In this document: in pieces, positions 1 through 12,827 of the stretch | Layout: every line of letters starts with the position of its first letter | Numbering within the stretch: position 1 is the stretch's first letter | From: the human T2T-CHM13v2.0 reference genome, Homo sapiens | Strand: one strand, 5' to 3' | Length of the DNA stretch: 64,000 nucleotides | Assembly: GCF_009914755.1 (NCBI RefSeq) | Contig: NC_060930.1 | Notes under the pieces: generated by a model | Databases searched by the model: none | What the model saw: the letters and a program-made list of their open reading frames with translations, nothing else | Told to the model about the DNA's origin: nothing | Translations under genes and position numbers: made by a program

Positions 1-2299
1 TAATCCATGTTTAAGTCATAGAATCTATAGAAAACTGATTGAAATATAATTAAAGAGAGATAGATAACATTCCCTCTATACTTTGCTTCTCTCTACTCAA
101 AGTGTGAAATCTTAGACAACAGAGAAGAAAATTAGTAAATTACCCTTTTCCCAATTTTTAAATTTTTGGTTGCAATGGGCAGAACTTGTGGAGAAAGTTG
201 AAACACAGGCTAAGTGCTCATCATTTTTGGAAGATCTTTTTTAATGCATTCTAGGATTACTTAAGTTCCTTTTACATGACCATATGGGAAACTAAAGGAA
301 AACCAAAGATACATCAGCATTTATTTCCTATATGTATCATGTATACATGAGGCAGATAAAGAATTACCATCTCCTCTGGTAAACTGAATTTGTACCTGCC
401 TAAGAGAGAATGAATGACTCTACAATCAAATACTCCAAGGCTTGAGCATCCTGGCATCAATAACAGTCAAGAGAGCCCGCCCAAAGGGAAAGTGGAGTCC
501 AGCACACTGTAATCTGCTTCCACCCATGAAAGGCACTGAAGAGAACATCAGGCCCTGTGTTATTACATAGGTCAAATTCCCAATGCTATTATGGGAAGCT
601 CTGAACACAGTGGTTGTTTGGAGGAGCTCCAGAGGAAGTGCCTCTCCTTACCCCATTGTATGTTCTTGTCACAGAAATCCCATCTGTAGTATTCACTATT
701 GTATCTACAGTGTGTACAACATTGTGATGTTCAATGAATTGAGAATATAATAAATGTTATAAACTGACCCATAGTGATAATCACACTGAGCATTCCAGTC
801 TCAAAGAGACCCAGGGTCAAGCTGAAGATTTTATAGGGCTCTACTGGGAGATGACCATCACAAGAGCTATGCCTGGCAAGAATCCACTAGTAACCACAAG
901 TCACTGAGTACAGAGGGAAGTATGAGAGACAGCAGAAGGAGACCTGCCTTGGGTTGCATCTTTTGCTAACCGGAATTGCCTTTGAAAGCCTAAATCCCAA
1001 AGCATAGTTCCCTGCTCTCTGCTGTGTTGCAAAGATTTTAAGTGGCAGATTTGGAATTGAAGGGACAAAGGGAAAAGTGTAGAAAAAGCAAGTGACTCAT
1101 AGTGTGCCACTCAATTTAGAGCAATGTAGCATGCACTTTTTGTGGATTCACTATGAGTTTGGCAAAGTTGTTAATCCACATCTCTTTTTGTGTCTCAGTT
1201 TTACACATCTATAACTTTAATTGTCAGCTCTCTGAGGTTTGGGGGAAGGACTGACTTAACCCACATAAACCTGGATTATACCAGAATCAATGATTCCATT
1301 ACTGAAGAGTTTTTAAGATCAATAAGTTGCTCTGGGTTAATTACACAAGGACATGCATAAACATGGTTCAGAGTATCCATTTCATATTTTTTTTCCTGAA
1401 GCATTCCCTGGCTGGAAACTCTACTTATGTTCATTTTCTCCAGCTCATTCCCTCACACTAGGTACCTCCATTCAAAAAAGATCCATCTATGTAAAGGTCA
1501 TTTTCATTATATTACAATGAAATTCATTCCAGGAATAGCGGTATTCACAGGCTGCTATAATAGTTGTTACAGGTGGATTTCCTGCTGAAGAGTCATATTC
1601 TCCTAAAAGGAGGTTACAAATTTCAAGGAAAGCAAGCTCTGCTAGCTAGACTGACAAGTCCTGAAATGGGTATTGCCAGGTGAAATTGTCTTCTTCATCC
1701 TAAACCACTGTTTACCAAAGAATGTGGACTGCCTGTTGAAAATTACAGCCTCAGAGTTTCCTTGGACTATGCTAGAGGCAGATTTTCCAAGTTCAGTGTT
1801 CTCAGTGTGCCAGCTTAACCTCTTAAGTTCATACTGTGTGATAAGTGAGAGCCCCGTGTAAATCCTCTTGGCTACTCTTTTTTTTTTTCCTGAAGAATCC
1901 ACATCTTTACACTTAAAAATGAGTTTTCTGGGATTGTGAACTGCTCAATCATTGGAAATGTGTTCACAGAACTAATCAAGTGAAAAAAAGTGGTGGCTGT
2001 AATGAATTTAATATAAAACCTCAAGAGACTATGTCTGATTTCTTGCAAATGAACTGAGGTGGATAACAATGTCAACCTCTGTATGCTGAGATTTCTTGCT
2101 ACTGCCAGTAAGATGATATCATTCTTTAGCCAAATTCTATTTTACTTATTAATGAAAATTCTGGAAGATATAGAAAACTAGAATGAAAAAGGAAACATCC
2201 ATAATCTTATATTCTCAGTCAACTATACTGATATATTTATATTTGTCTGTCTAGCAAAATCCATTTTCTATATATGTGTTCTGTGTAGTTATATTGTCA

Positions 2300-2510
2300 A
2301 GCTAATACTTATGGAGCATTTGTTAGCCATATTCCCTAGATTTTCCACTTACTACTTTATTTTATCCTCACCCAAATTCTATTAATTAGTTTTATGTTTT
2401 ACAGATAAGGAAACCGAAGTTCAGATAAGTCCAGTGAAAGCCCCTAACCACAAAGTTAGTAAAGGAAATATTGAGATTCACATCCATGTCTGTCTGGGTT
2501 CAATAACCAT
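2300..2510 (-). mobile_element. MIR SINE relic
   Basis: Reverse MIR core 'ttttacagataaggaaaccgaagttcagataag' at ~2397-2430, followed by 'gattcacatccatgtctgtctg'. Confidence 0.7.
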
Positions 2511-3059
2511 CTGTTAGCTGTTACTTTGTATAGCCAATAGTGTAAGGAATGTGTCAAACACAAAAATGTTTGAGAATGGATCATCCCCAACAATAACAAC
2601 CACTTTAAGAGCAAAAATACTGAGTTGCATTCCTTGAAAAATGTTAACGTGTGCAATTATATTCAACAATGCTAGAGACCACTGAGAACTAAGTATCTTC
2701 CTAAAGCAAATGTCGCCTTTCATAGTCAGAGATATTTGGCAACCCTAACAGAGTCACATGCATTCATTTCTTCCATGTGCAGAAGCAAACAGATGTGCAT
2801 ACACTGCAAAGCACAAAGGAGCTTGTCCTGGAGACTATTTTGTCCCAAACGTGACATTCAAGTCCTCTGGGGAAATATGAAGTCATTGGCGTTGTATGCA
2901 GTTATAGCAAGACCTCAAGGGGTTTTAGTAGTTTTGGTAAAAAACATATGGATAATTATTAAGAAACAGTATAAAGCCCAAATATACTTACTTTGACTTA
3001 AAATGAACTGGAATAATTGGATTCAGATTTTCCCGATGACAAGGGTGATTATACAGAGT

Positions 3060-3250
3060 TTAGCTTGAGCTCAGGAGTTAGGTGGCACATGTTGAAAATG
3101 ACACCTGTATCAACACCCGTTCTTTGCCTTTCTTCCTCTGAAAAGTTGGGATAATAACACTTTTGAGCACCATTGTGAGAGAGAGTGCATAATCCATGTA
3201 AAGTACTCAGGACTGTGCCTGACTCAGAGTTTGCATTTAAGAAATGCTAG
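3060..3250 (+). mobile_element. MIR SINE relic
   Basis: 'tctgaaaagttgggataataac...atccatgtaaagtactcaggactgtgcctgactcagag' resembles the MIR 3' half. Confidence 0.65.
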
Positions 3251-3699
3251 CAATTCAACACTAGAACAGATTAGTTAATGGAATCCTTGAGAACATATTT
3301 TTCTCTTTCTTTGTAATGGATTTGGTATAGTATAGTATTTCTTTTCATCTTTCAGTGTATGACTTAAAATTCTAGAAAAAAGCTCTGGACATACATAATT
3401 TAAAAACATTGTAGACTTTCATCTCATTTTTCTTTATACGAGACTTAAGTCTTCATGATTTGATTAACATTAAGAGCTCTCACGCTCTTTTCTCTTTTGC
3501 CTCAGTTGCCCAAGTCATTTAAAATACTGATCATACACCTTTATTCTGTTTATTAGCTTTGTGTATCTCTGATCTTATAGTATCAAGCCATTTTTTTCTC
3601 TGTCTTTTTAATACTTTATTGAGAAAACTCCAAATCACAGTGTTTAAAACTACAAAATTAAAGTGATTAGGCACAGAAAAAATGATTAAGCCAAATGAT

Positions 3700-3885
3700 C
3701 ATTAGAGAATCAGAAAAGAAGCCTGTACACCTTCATACTGCCCCTTAGTTGGTACGTGACTTGGGCAAATCACTCATGATTCCCCGGTTCAGCTTTCTTA
3801 TCTGTAAAATGGAGATTATAATATCTGTCAGGCCTTTCTCCAAGGATATTGCGAAACAAGATAGCAAATGTAAAAACTCTCTGTG
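3700..3885 (+). mobile_element. MIR SINE relic
   Basis: Core 'gtgacttgggcaaatcactc...tcttatctgtaaaatggagattataata'. Confidence 0.75.
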
Positions 3886-4149
3886 TACTCTATAGATTGA
3901 GGGCATGAAAGCTTGTTTATTTAAGCTGTGGGATATGCGAAAGCTCTGTGTAAACTATAGAGTGCAAAAGTGCACATGACATTGTATGGGAGTTTATATA
4001 TTTAATCCCTCCTGATGGAGACACTGTGCTATGATCTGGGGTTTTGCAACATGGTAGCAGCTTTCCAGGAAAGGGAGTTTGCAGCTCTAAGTAGAATCTG
4101 ATAAGAGCCCAATAAGTGATCTTGAGAGTGTGTACTCTAGGTGTCCAGG

Positions 4150-4510
4150 GAAGGAAAGGAGAATCAGGGACTGACTGAGCTCTTAGGAAACACCTACAAA
4201 AGAGGTGGGTTTCTGACCCTTGCATTAAATATTGGGTAGGATGGAAATAAATGGAGGACAGAAGGGGGTGTTCCAGATGGGAGGAACAGCCAGATCAAAT
4301 ATGTACAGTGGTGGAAGAGCACCAAGGTTGAGCAATGGACTGATTTGAATGAGGCAGAACCTTCCTGTAGGGAAGCAATGAGAAATGAAACTGGCAAGGC
4401 TGAGAGAGGCTCAATGGGAGGCCAATATAATGATGTACTTTGTTAACACATCACATTTGAAAGGAAGGCCACTGAAGGATTTTTTGAACAGGAGAGTGAC
4501 GTGGTAAAAA
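4150..4510 (-). mobile_element. L2 LINE relic
   Basis: Purine-rich L2 antisense motifs 'ttccagatgggaggaacagc' and 'gccactgaaggattttttgaacaggagagtgac'. Confidence 0.7.
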
Positions 4511-6736
4511 CTGAACTGTAGCTTCAGACAAACCCATTTTTAATCCAAACTGGCCTTTTAGCCTATATTTTCTTAGGCATCACTTACTGGACACACATGG
4601 TACAGTGGAAAAAGTGTGAGACTCGGAGTCACGGGAGGATCTTTGGAATGTAAGACCTCTTTTCTGGACCTACCTTTGGGCCAGCATGGCAGGCAAAGCC
4701 ATTGCCTCATATCCTGCTCTTTCCCAACTCTTCTGGAACCATTTCTGCCACATTCTTGCTTCATTGAATTTCTACCAGTGTCCTCCAGGTTAAGAGTACA
4801 AAAAAAGGTTAAAAGATGTTTTCACTGAAAAGTCTTCAAAGAGATTTGAAACTGTCCTGTCTGGTATTAATTCTTTTTCTATTCCTTTATTGCTCAATCT
4901 TGTTTCGTTGGTCATGTTGTGTTTCAGCATTGAGTGTGCTATTACATCACAATTAGAAGCATATGATTACATTTTAAATGACCATTTCCTGTCCAGATTC
5001 ATCATTAAAATGGCCTTTATAGTTAGTAAATTCCAACCCACATCTAATGCTATTTTAACATCAGATATGTTCTTACTATTTAGAATTATCTTAAGCCACG
5101 CTTTTACATGGAGAGTTTGCAAATCTTTTTTTTATGTGTGGAAGCTTATGTTAATGATGTCTTTGGCCCTTTCTGGGCCAGAAATATTTGGTTCTTAAGG
5201 TATTAGTGGATTCCCCATAGATTATTTAGGTTATGACATGCTAGCGATAAGATTTTTCTTCACTTTTAACTAGGGAAAATAAACTCATTCTGCCTATCTG
5301 CTCTCTGTTTCTCAAAACTGGAAAGAGGAATAAACTTGTTTTTACATATTCCTTGATTTTTACCTTGGCCTCTAGAGAGTGGCAGAAACTTGTCACTCCA
5401 TATACACATGTAGATTTGGAACCAACATTTTTAAAATCATTCTCCACATAATCTAATTTGTACACAAAGGGCAAGTCTGCTATAACTGCCAAGCCAATAA
5501 ACAGGACTGAATCTAGTCTCCTAGCAAAATGATCAATACGGTATCCCCTTAAAGTGTAAAATAGAATTGTGGGGAGCCTAGATCGCTACAGTAGAGAATC
5601 AACCATCTCAGTTTCTATTTCTTTCTCATAGACATTAAATATAACTTTAGTCGAATTGTCTCAATTTCAAGAATGTATTATTTTATTTTTCACATTGTGA
5701 AATGATATAGATATTTGATGTCCCAAACAATCATGGTCTGTCTATGGAGCAATGTGAGATCCTTAAAAAACAAGTAAACAATGGTGGAAATGCCTATGGT
5801 AATTTGAATCTGGAAACTATGATAATATCATTGCCATCTGAGTTTTAAGTTGTTATAAATGAGAATGGATTTAGAACAGTGTTACTATGAATTTATTCCC
5901 CATGCCATAATCAGTAACATTTTATAGATAAAAAAGGATGTTTCAAAATGGTCTTTTAGGGTAATTACTTGTAGTTTATTGTTCTTACACGAAAAATGCT
6001 CAGAGCTTAAATTTTCTGAAACTGGACAAGATGGCCAACATGTATTCCTCAATTTTCAACTAAATTGGTTATGCTCTGTTATGATATCTCTTTGGAGAAT
6101 CATTCAGATAAACCCACTCTCTGTTTCAAATAAAAGGTTGAGGTAATTAAAAGAGATTTTTATAAAAACAACTCTCATCCCTGTTAAGAAAATCAGGAAT
6201 CATTACTGACATGAGATATAAAAAAAAAACCTCATGGACTCCTTACAAGACTAAAGATCTCTCTTGCGACTTTTTGAAAGCCATACTTTGAATTGCATTT
6301 TCAAAGCCAGCACCTCCCCCAGATGACGAAATAAATTGAAAACCGAATGTTTTCAATCAAAGAAAGAATTCTCATGCTGGAAGGGAGAGGAAATAGAAAG
6401 ATACCATTCTTACGATTGTACTTAATTCCAAGTATAGTTATCAATTCTCACCTTTTAAACTCAAGAAGTCATTAATATTTGTACATGCCTATGGCATGGT
6501 CTAATGACACAAAAGACATGGTCACTGGTTACATTCATTATGTATATATTTGTGCATACATAAAATGTATGAGAATGGATGTGTAATAGCAGAGTGCATG
6601 TTAAGAACATAAAAATAAAGGTACATTTTACTACTGTCACAGCAGTGTACACATAAATTAAAAACTAGAGTCTATGGATTAATTAAACCAGATAGTTCAA
6701 GAAAAGATAATATTGCATCATTTGGAAGAAGGATAG

Positions 6737-7010
6737 GGCTGGGTGTGGTGGTTTACACCTGTAATCCCAGCACTTTGGTATGCTGAGACCGTCCAATCTC
6801 TTGAGGTCAGGAGTTCTCTGAGACCAGCCTGGCCAATATGGCAAAACCCTACCTCTACTAAAAATACAAAACTTAGCCAGGCATGGTGGTGCATGCCTGT
6901 AGTCCCAGCTATTTGGGAGGCAGGCTGAGGCATGAGAATTTCTTGAACCTGGGAGGTGGAGGTTGCCGTGGGCCAAGATGGCACCACTGCACTCCAGCCT
7001 GGGCAATAGG
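6737..7010 (+). mobile_element. AluS-type SINE lacking its terminal segment and A-tail
   Basis: Starts 'ggctgggtgtggtggtttacacctgtaatcccagcac', has the linker 'ctactaaaaatacaaaa', and ends at 'ccagcctgggcaatag'. ORFs at 6683-7077 are Alu-derived. Confidence 0.95.
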
Positions 7011-7047
7011 AAAGTGGTTTTGCAGAGAGGAAGCAAAAAAATACCAT

Positions 7048-7391
7048 TGTGTCATTTACGTCTGTGTGACCCCTTGAGCTACTCTCCTTCCTTCTTCATC
7101 TGTCCTTGGCCTCAAAAATGGACCTGCATTGGTCACATCCCCGCCCCCCCCCCCCCCCAACGCCCGCCCCATGCCCTGTGGCTTTGTACTGTTTCATTTG
7201 AGGTTCTGTTCACTTCTCTGTTTCCTCAACACTTTCGGATTAAGAGTGGTAACAGTTCACTGCTGCTGGCCGCCACTCCTGACCTATCTGTGGTGATTTA
7301 CTTTCTTTCCACTCAAACATTCATAATCTGTTACTTTTTAAATAAATACTCATCTAATTATTTCTATTCTGCTGGGAATTTGGCTGATACA
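7048..7391 (+). mobile_element. ERV-L LTR (LTR33-like), probable 5' LTR
   Basis: Contains 'gtggtaacagttcactgctgctggcc' and ends 'ctgctgggaatttggctgataca', immediately followed by an ERV-L internal start. Confidence 0.6.
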
Positions 7392-8740
7392 TTAATTGGT
7401 ACTAGAAGTGGCCCCAGGAAACAGATCTCTTGAAAGGAGATCCTAGGATTGGTACATCATATCTTTGAGGAGTACAGAGATAATTTTTTTTGCTGGGGGT
7501 GAGAGGAGTCAGATAAGGTATATGGCATATGAGAGCATCATAAATACTCAAGTTATCTCTGGTGGTTGCACATGGGATAATGTCCTAGCGGAGATCAAGT
7601 GGTTGTGGCACTTAGCTGTTCTAACAATTAAGATTATTGAGTCACTTAATTTCTTCTTACAGTTCTACAAAATATACATAGGGAAAAAGAGTTATAACTA
7701 TAAACATGTAATTAAGAAAGTACATATAGAGCCAGAAGGTTTTCTGAATAACTTGGGGTAGGCACTTCTCTCCTATAGTCACAGGGCAGATGCAGCTGAC
7801 AACCAAGCTCAGGGTATGATTGTAAAGGTTACAAAGTTTTAGCACTAATTATAAACTTGACCTGCCAGGTCTCTTACGCTAAGTAAAAGGTAATTGTCAA
7901 GAAGCAATGAAACTCTGCCTCAATGGGTGAGGAAATTTTGGTAGATATAGATGAAGCTAAGAACTATGACTCTCAAATTCCCATAAACTTTCCTTGTCTC
8001 ACAAGCAAATATTGACTCTTGTTTCAGACCCACTTCACCCGTAGGCCTATAATAAAAGTTGGAGCCCATTACAGACTGGACTGAGAGTACAAAGACTATT
8101 CACAAAAGGAGGAATGAATATTCAAGTCATCCCACTAGGTAAAAACCTCTCATCCAGCAGAAGTACTTCCAGATGCTAAGAGAGCTTGGAATTGGATGGT
8201 GGAAGCAGGCAGTTATGATCATCAATTTATGCTAGTGGCCAGCTACAGAGGGAGAATTTAGAAGTTATATTTTATGATACTCCATTATTTTTTACTTCCC
8301 TTTCCCTTGTATAGCAGGCAAGGCCTGCTGGTTCACGCCTGTAATCTCAGCACTTTGGGAGGCCAAGGTGGGAGGATAGCTTAAGGCCAAGTGTCCAAGA
8401 TCAATCTGTGCAACATAGCAAGATCACATATCTACAGAAAATAATAATAAAAACTTAGCTGGACATAGTGGCATGCATCTGTAGTCCTAGCTTCTCAGGA
8501 GACTGAGGCAGTGGGATCTTTTGAGCCCTGGGGATCAGGATCAGGGTTGCAGTAAGCCGTGATCATACCACTGCACTCCTGACTGGGTGATAAGCAGGAA
8601 TTGAGTGAGAACTTGACTCAAAAAAAAAAAAGAAGAATTAGAAGAGTTAACTTTTTAGGCTTCAGGAGGTAATATGATTGAATTGATATTATCCCATAGT
8701 GATATGATAGTTGATGAGACTTTGTTTCTTCTCTAGTTGC
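7392..8740 (+). mobile_element. ERV-L (HERV16/ERV3-16A3-like) internal relic, heavily deleted and interrupted by AluJ
   Basis: 5' 'attggtactagaagtggccccaggaaacaga' is the typical ERV-L/MaLR internal start. 8110-8250 'gaatattcaagtcatcccactaggtaaaa...cagcagaagtactt...ggatggtggaagcaggcagttat' resembles the ERV-L pol 3' end. Confidence 0.65.
8316..8635 (+). mobile_element. AluJ SINE
   Basis: 'gttcacgcctgtaatctcagcactttgggaggccaaggtgggaggatagctt'; J-type 'gatcataccactgcactcc'; A-tail at 8620-8631; highly diverged. Confidence 0.92.
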
Positions 8741-8749
8741 AGGCACAGG

Positions 8750-9180
8750 CTTTCCATCCAGGCAGAAACATTGAGCAGAAAGGGCTGACTGTCTTGTAGT
8801 ACAACAAAAAGCCTCCCATTCTTTCTGACTTTGGTCAAGGAGGAGCCTAGTAGGAGACAGGAAGTAGGGAAGAGAGTGACATCAGGGACTTATTCCTAGG
8901 GCTGGCTGTGCCCTTAGTGGGAAATTCCTGCTCCTCTCCAGGTGGCCTTCTGTTCTCACCTTTTTCCTAGCGAGTTCCTCTTCTCACCCCTCTGGACATG
9001 GGATGGGAGAGGAGAGTGAGAGCTCTATTGATACTAGCGCAGAGTCTCTGCATGATCTGAGCTGTTTCTTAAACTGCATTCACATCTCAGTCATTAGTCC
9101 CTTTGTAAACAAACCCTTCTTAAGTTATTCTGATGTGAGTGGGCCATCTGTTTCCTGTGAGGAAGGTCTCTGAATGACAC
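8750..9180 (+). mobile_element. ERV-L LTR (LTR33-like), probable 3' LTR
   Basis: Ends 'tagtccctttgtaaacaaaccc...tgagtgggccatctgtttcctgtgagg...tgaatgacac', matching the LTR33-family 3' end as I recall it. Confidence 0.65.
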
Positions 9181-9984
9181 TTAGATGTCTGATAACAAAT
9201 ATGCCAAAACCAACTTTAGAATAAGGAGAAGCAAACTTGGCAAGCTTCACTGTTAAAAAAGAGGTCACTAAGAATTTTCCTCCATTGTGTATCTTTTATG
9301 AAAAAGATATCACTGGGCCATCTAAGAGAACACATCCAACTATTTCTGAAATGATGCTGAACTACGGCTGACATTATCCATGAAGCATGCTAAATGTCCC
9401 AGTCATGGAAAAACTGGGATCTAGGGCAACACTCTGGAGAAAGACACGATGTCTTAAACTGCTTTGCTTCCCATATATCTAATAATACAACCCCATTTAG
9501 CAAAGGCAATCTCTTTTTGAAAAAGGTTTAAGTAAAATTTTTCTCAAGTAATATAAAATTTCCACAATAATCCTTTAAATGCCCCCTCTTTTCATTTATA
9601 TCCTCAGTCAAAATAAGCATGACTTTATTGTGTAAATCATGTGCTTTGAGAATTTTCAAGTTGTGATGGCGGATTTTCACTGATCCATTCAATCTTTCTT
9701 CCTTATTTCTCTCTGGTGGCTAATGACAGGTTATACAGAGAAGGCAACTCATCAGTAATTACATTTTCTATCTGGTTACCAATCTACTAATGGGTTAAGT
9801 TAATAAACTCTACCAAACTGTAGAAACACATTCCTAGTAATTAAAATCCATTAGGTTTGCTGCCTCGTACATAAAAACCTGAAACAAACAAAATGAAACC
9901 AAACAAAAATAAGAATAACATTGTCTTATGCCAGAATTAGTTGTTATTATTCTTTTTTTTAGGTGGTGATTTTACCTGACACAT

Positions 9985-10470
9985 TTATTAATTCTGTCAA
10001 TATTTGAATACCAACTATTAGTTTAGGTACTGGTGATTTAAAAAAAGGCAAAGACAATTAATACATGAATTATGCTTTTGAAGAGTTTCTAGTCTGGTTG
10101 AGAAGAAATTGTGAAACAATGGGATAAATACTACGGGAAAGATAAGCCATAGACATACATAGGAGGGACAGTTATGTCAGGTAGGAGACGTTGCAGAAAA
10201 TCTTTTTTGGGGCATCACATAGAAGAAAGGTTTTGAAGGATAAATAGAATTAGACCAAGAAAGGGAACAAAGACATTCCTAGAAGAGGGACAAACGCATA
10301 CAAAAGTCTATATGTGAAGATCTGAAACAGCACAATGTTCACATCATCACAGTACCTCACATCTGGAGAAAAAGGTGAGTATGGGAAGATGACGAGTCAC
10401 AAAGCAAGAGAAGCAGGAAGGAATCAGATCACAAAGTTTGGATCAGGCTAAGAACTTTACAGAAGGTTAT
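9985..10470 (-). mobile_element. L2 LINE relic
   Basis: 'caatatttgaataccaactat...ggtactggtgat', 'gagtttctagtctggttgagaag', 'gacattcctagaagagggaca'. Confidence 0.65.
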
Positions 10471-10489
10471 AAGGATAATGTCATTTGGA

Positions 10490-10800
10490 ATACTGTTCGT
10501 TATAAGGGTCAGATTATCGTATGGTAAATGGCTTAAAAAAAAAGGAAACATACCGGTTGTATAACTAAATCAAGGAACTCACTGTGACTTCCTGAGGATG
10601 GTTTTTCCCTGTCTCCCGGGTCCAATGTCAGGCTTTGAAAATGAGTATTCTAGTCCCTGGACTCCCACGTGCACACCACAAGGTCTGGAGGAGGAGAGGG
10701 AAGCTTCTATCCTGGCATTTGAAACGAGAGTTCTGAGATTCACCCTAATTGAAACTTTTTAGGTAACATGCCCACTCATAAACCAACCAGGGCCTTCCCC
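10490..10800 (-). mobile_element. MLT1-type MaLR LTR relic
   Basis: 'aaatggcttaaaaaaaaagg...ataact' and 'gattcaccctaattg...ggtaacatgcccactcataaaccaa'. Confidence 0.45.
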
Positions 10801-11119
10801 TGGGAGTGGAAAAATTTTTCATGAGGCACATATGTCAAATTCTCAAAACTTAAGCATTTCACAAGTACTGGAAATACTCCCGTTCCCACTTTTTAAACAC
10901 TTTGCATTTTATTAAGAAGCTCAACTAATGATCTCTTAAAGAGATGCTTTATTTCTACCATAAGCAGTTGGGAAAAGGACTTATTATCATTTGGCCATGG
11001 ACACATTATAAACCAAATGGAAAAGGACACATCATAAACCAAATGGAATTTCATTATGTTTTAATTTTGACAGCAGGCTTTCCATGTGTTAAAAACCTTT
11101 GTACACACCATACATAGAT

Positions 11120-11340
11120 AGAAAGTGTACTTTCAGAAGATCTGAATTCCAATTCCTGCCTCACTGCTTACTTCCTTTGGGCCTGTGAGCAAAAGACTCA
11201 AATTTTCCAAAGTCTTAGTTTTTCTCACTTGTAAAATACAGATAATTACCTGTGACCTGAACACATTACAAGATTATTAGAATCAAATAACTTCATTAGA
11301 AAGTATTATGTAATGGTAAAAAGAAAATAAACCTAAATAG
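11120..11340 (+). mobile_element. MIR SINE relic
   Basis: 'agatctgaattccaattcctgcctcactgcttac...tagtttttctcacttgtaaaatacagataat'. Confidence 0.7.
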
Positions 11341-11544
11341 TATTATATTTTCAAATTATTATTCTGTGTAGCTAACTCAACAGGTAAAAATAATTCATTT
11401 TCCACTATCTTGCTTTTAAATGAAGATTCTAGGAATATGATTCAACAAAATAAATCTCTGATGTTATGTTTTATAGCCAACTCAGATAACAGTAAGCCTT
11501 AAAGGCCTCTATAAAGGATGGCTTCTTGTCTTACCAGAAAATAC

Positions 11545-12230
11545 AGTTTATTTTTTAAATACATATTTATTGCAGAAAATTAGGTAATACTAATAAACAT
11601 AAAGAAAAACAAATTCAAATGCCCTTAGTTTCACTAGATATACATTATCAGCATTAAATTCTAAGCATATTTTTTCAGACTGTTTTTTACTCATATACAT
11701 AAATATGCTATATATATATATATAAGTTCACACTATAAGGTTTATAATATGTTCTTACAGCTTCATACAACAAAACATCTTTCAATATTCATCAGATTTA
11801 ATTTCAAATATAAATTATATGCATGAGGACATATTTCATTCATTGCACATCTAGCGTGAAGTCTGTAATAGGTGCTTAGTAAATATTTGTTGAAAGGAGA
11901 AATGAGTGAATATACAATCATTTAAATATTTCTCCCAGCATAAATCAGGCTACATAGTATATTGCAATAAGAAATAATAATACAATACTTTATATTCCTT
12001 AAATATATTATTTTGATTTAAAATATCCAGAATGGTTGTGCACATTTACATATTCATCAGCAGTTCATATAATCTTAACAAATTTGCTCTTATTTTAAAA
12101 CATATTTGCCATTTTGTAAGGTGAAAATCGACATCTCATGTTAATTTACATTATTTGAATCTGACGAGAATTGTACATTTTTATGGTACTTATCCATATT
12201 TAGTTTTTTTGTAAATCGCTTATTCAAATA
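11545..12230 (-). mobile_element. Ancient L1ME-type 3' relic, possibly with an L2 piece at ~11830-11910
   Basis: 'tttattgcagaaaattaggtaatac...aaacataaagaaaa' and 'ggttgtgcacatttacatattcatcagcag...gccattttgtaaggtgaaaatcgacatctcatg'. Confidence 0.5.
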
Positions 12231-12755
12231 ATTTTGGATGTGACTCTGAATCTCTAAAACACATTATCATCTACCAATTCAGTTATTCATATTATAACAA
12301 TAACAATAAAATGATTAAAGAGATGTGCTGAGAAATATTCAACCAAATTCTATAATGAGAAACATAAACAGGATTTTATAACGTTATTTGCAACAAACTT
12401 AATTATGCATTGAAGGCATCAGAATTTCAATGCCTGTTCCTTTTCTAAAGAATAGGTGAGAATTTTTATCCAGTATCAGAACAGCAAAAACAGTATCAGT
12501 CTCATATGCATCCTCTCGAGTGGTACATTATTCTGTATTGATTAGTCCATGCAGAGATGTTCACATTTTATTTCAGGCATTTCTTATGAGATTCTTAGTT
12601 CTTGCCTAGGTATTTCTCCCACATGCAGTCTTTGAGGATGGCATCTTTGATATTTCTTTTCTTAGAAGTTTTTGTAGTACTTATGCATTCCTCTAATGTG
12701 TTTTGCACAATATTGCCTCTGCCTATTCCACACTTTGTCTTTGACTGCTGCATTC

Positions 12756-12827
12756 TCTCTGGGGTAATCTGCTTGTTCTCATCTCAATGTTCTCATTGTC
12801 TCTGGGGTAATCTGCTTGTTCTCATCT
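12756..12827. repeat. Direct duplication of a 29-bp unit, 43-bp period
   Basis: 'tctctggggtaatctgcttgttctcatct' at 12756-12784 and 12799-12827. Confidence 0.95.

Noticed and set aside
4900-5200. TAAT/ATTA-rich unique sequence as a conserved homeodomain enhancer (similar at ~49650-49900)
   Set aside because: Such motifs are expected by chance in AT-rich DNA and cannot be supported without an alignment.
6683-7433. Cluster of long ORFs (up to 156 aa)
   Set aside because: They read through Alu and LTR sequence. The polyproline comes from the poly-C tract, and there is no splice or coding signature.
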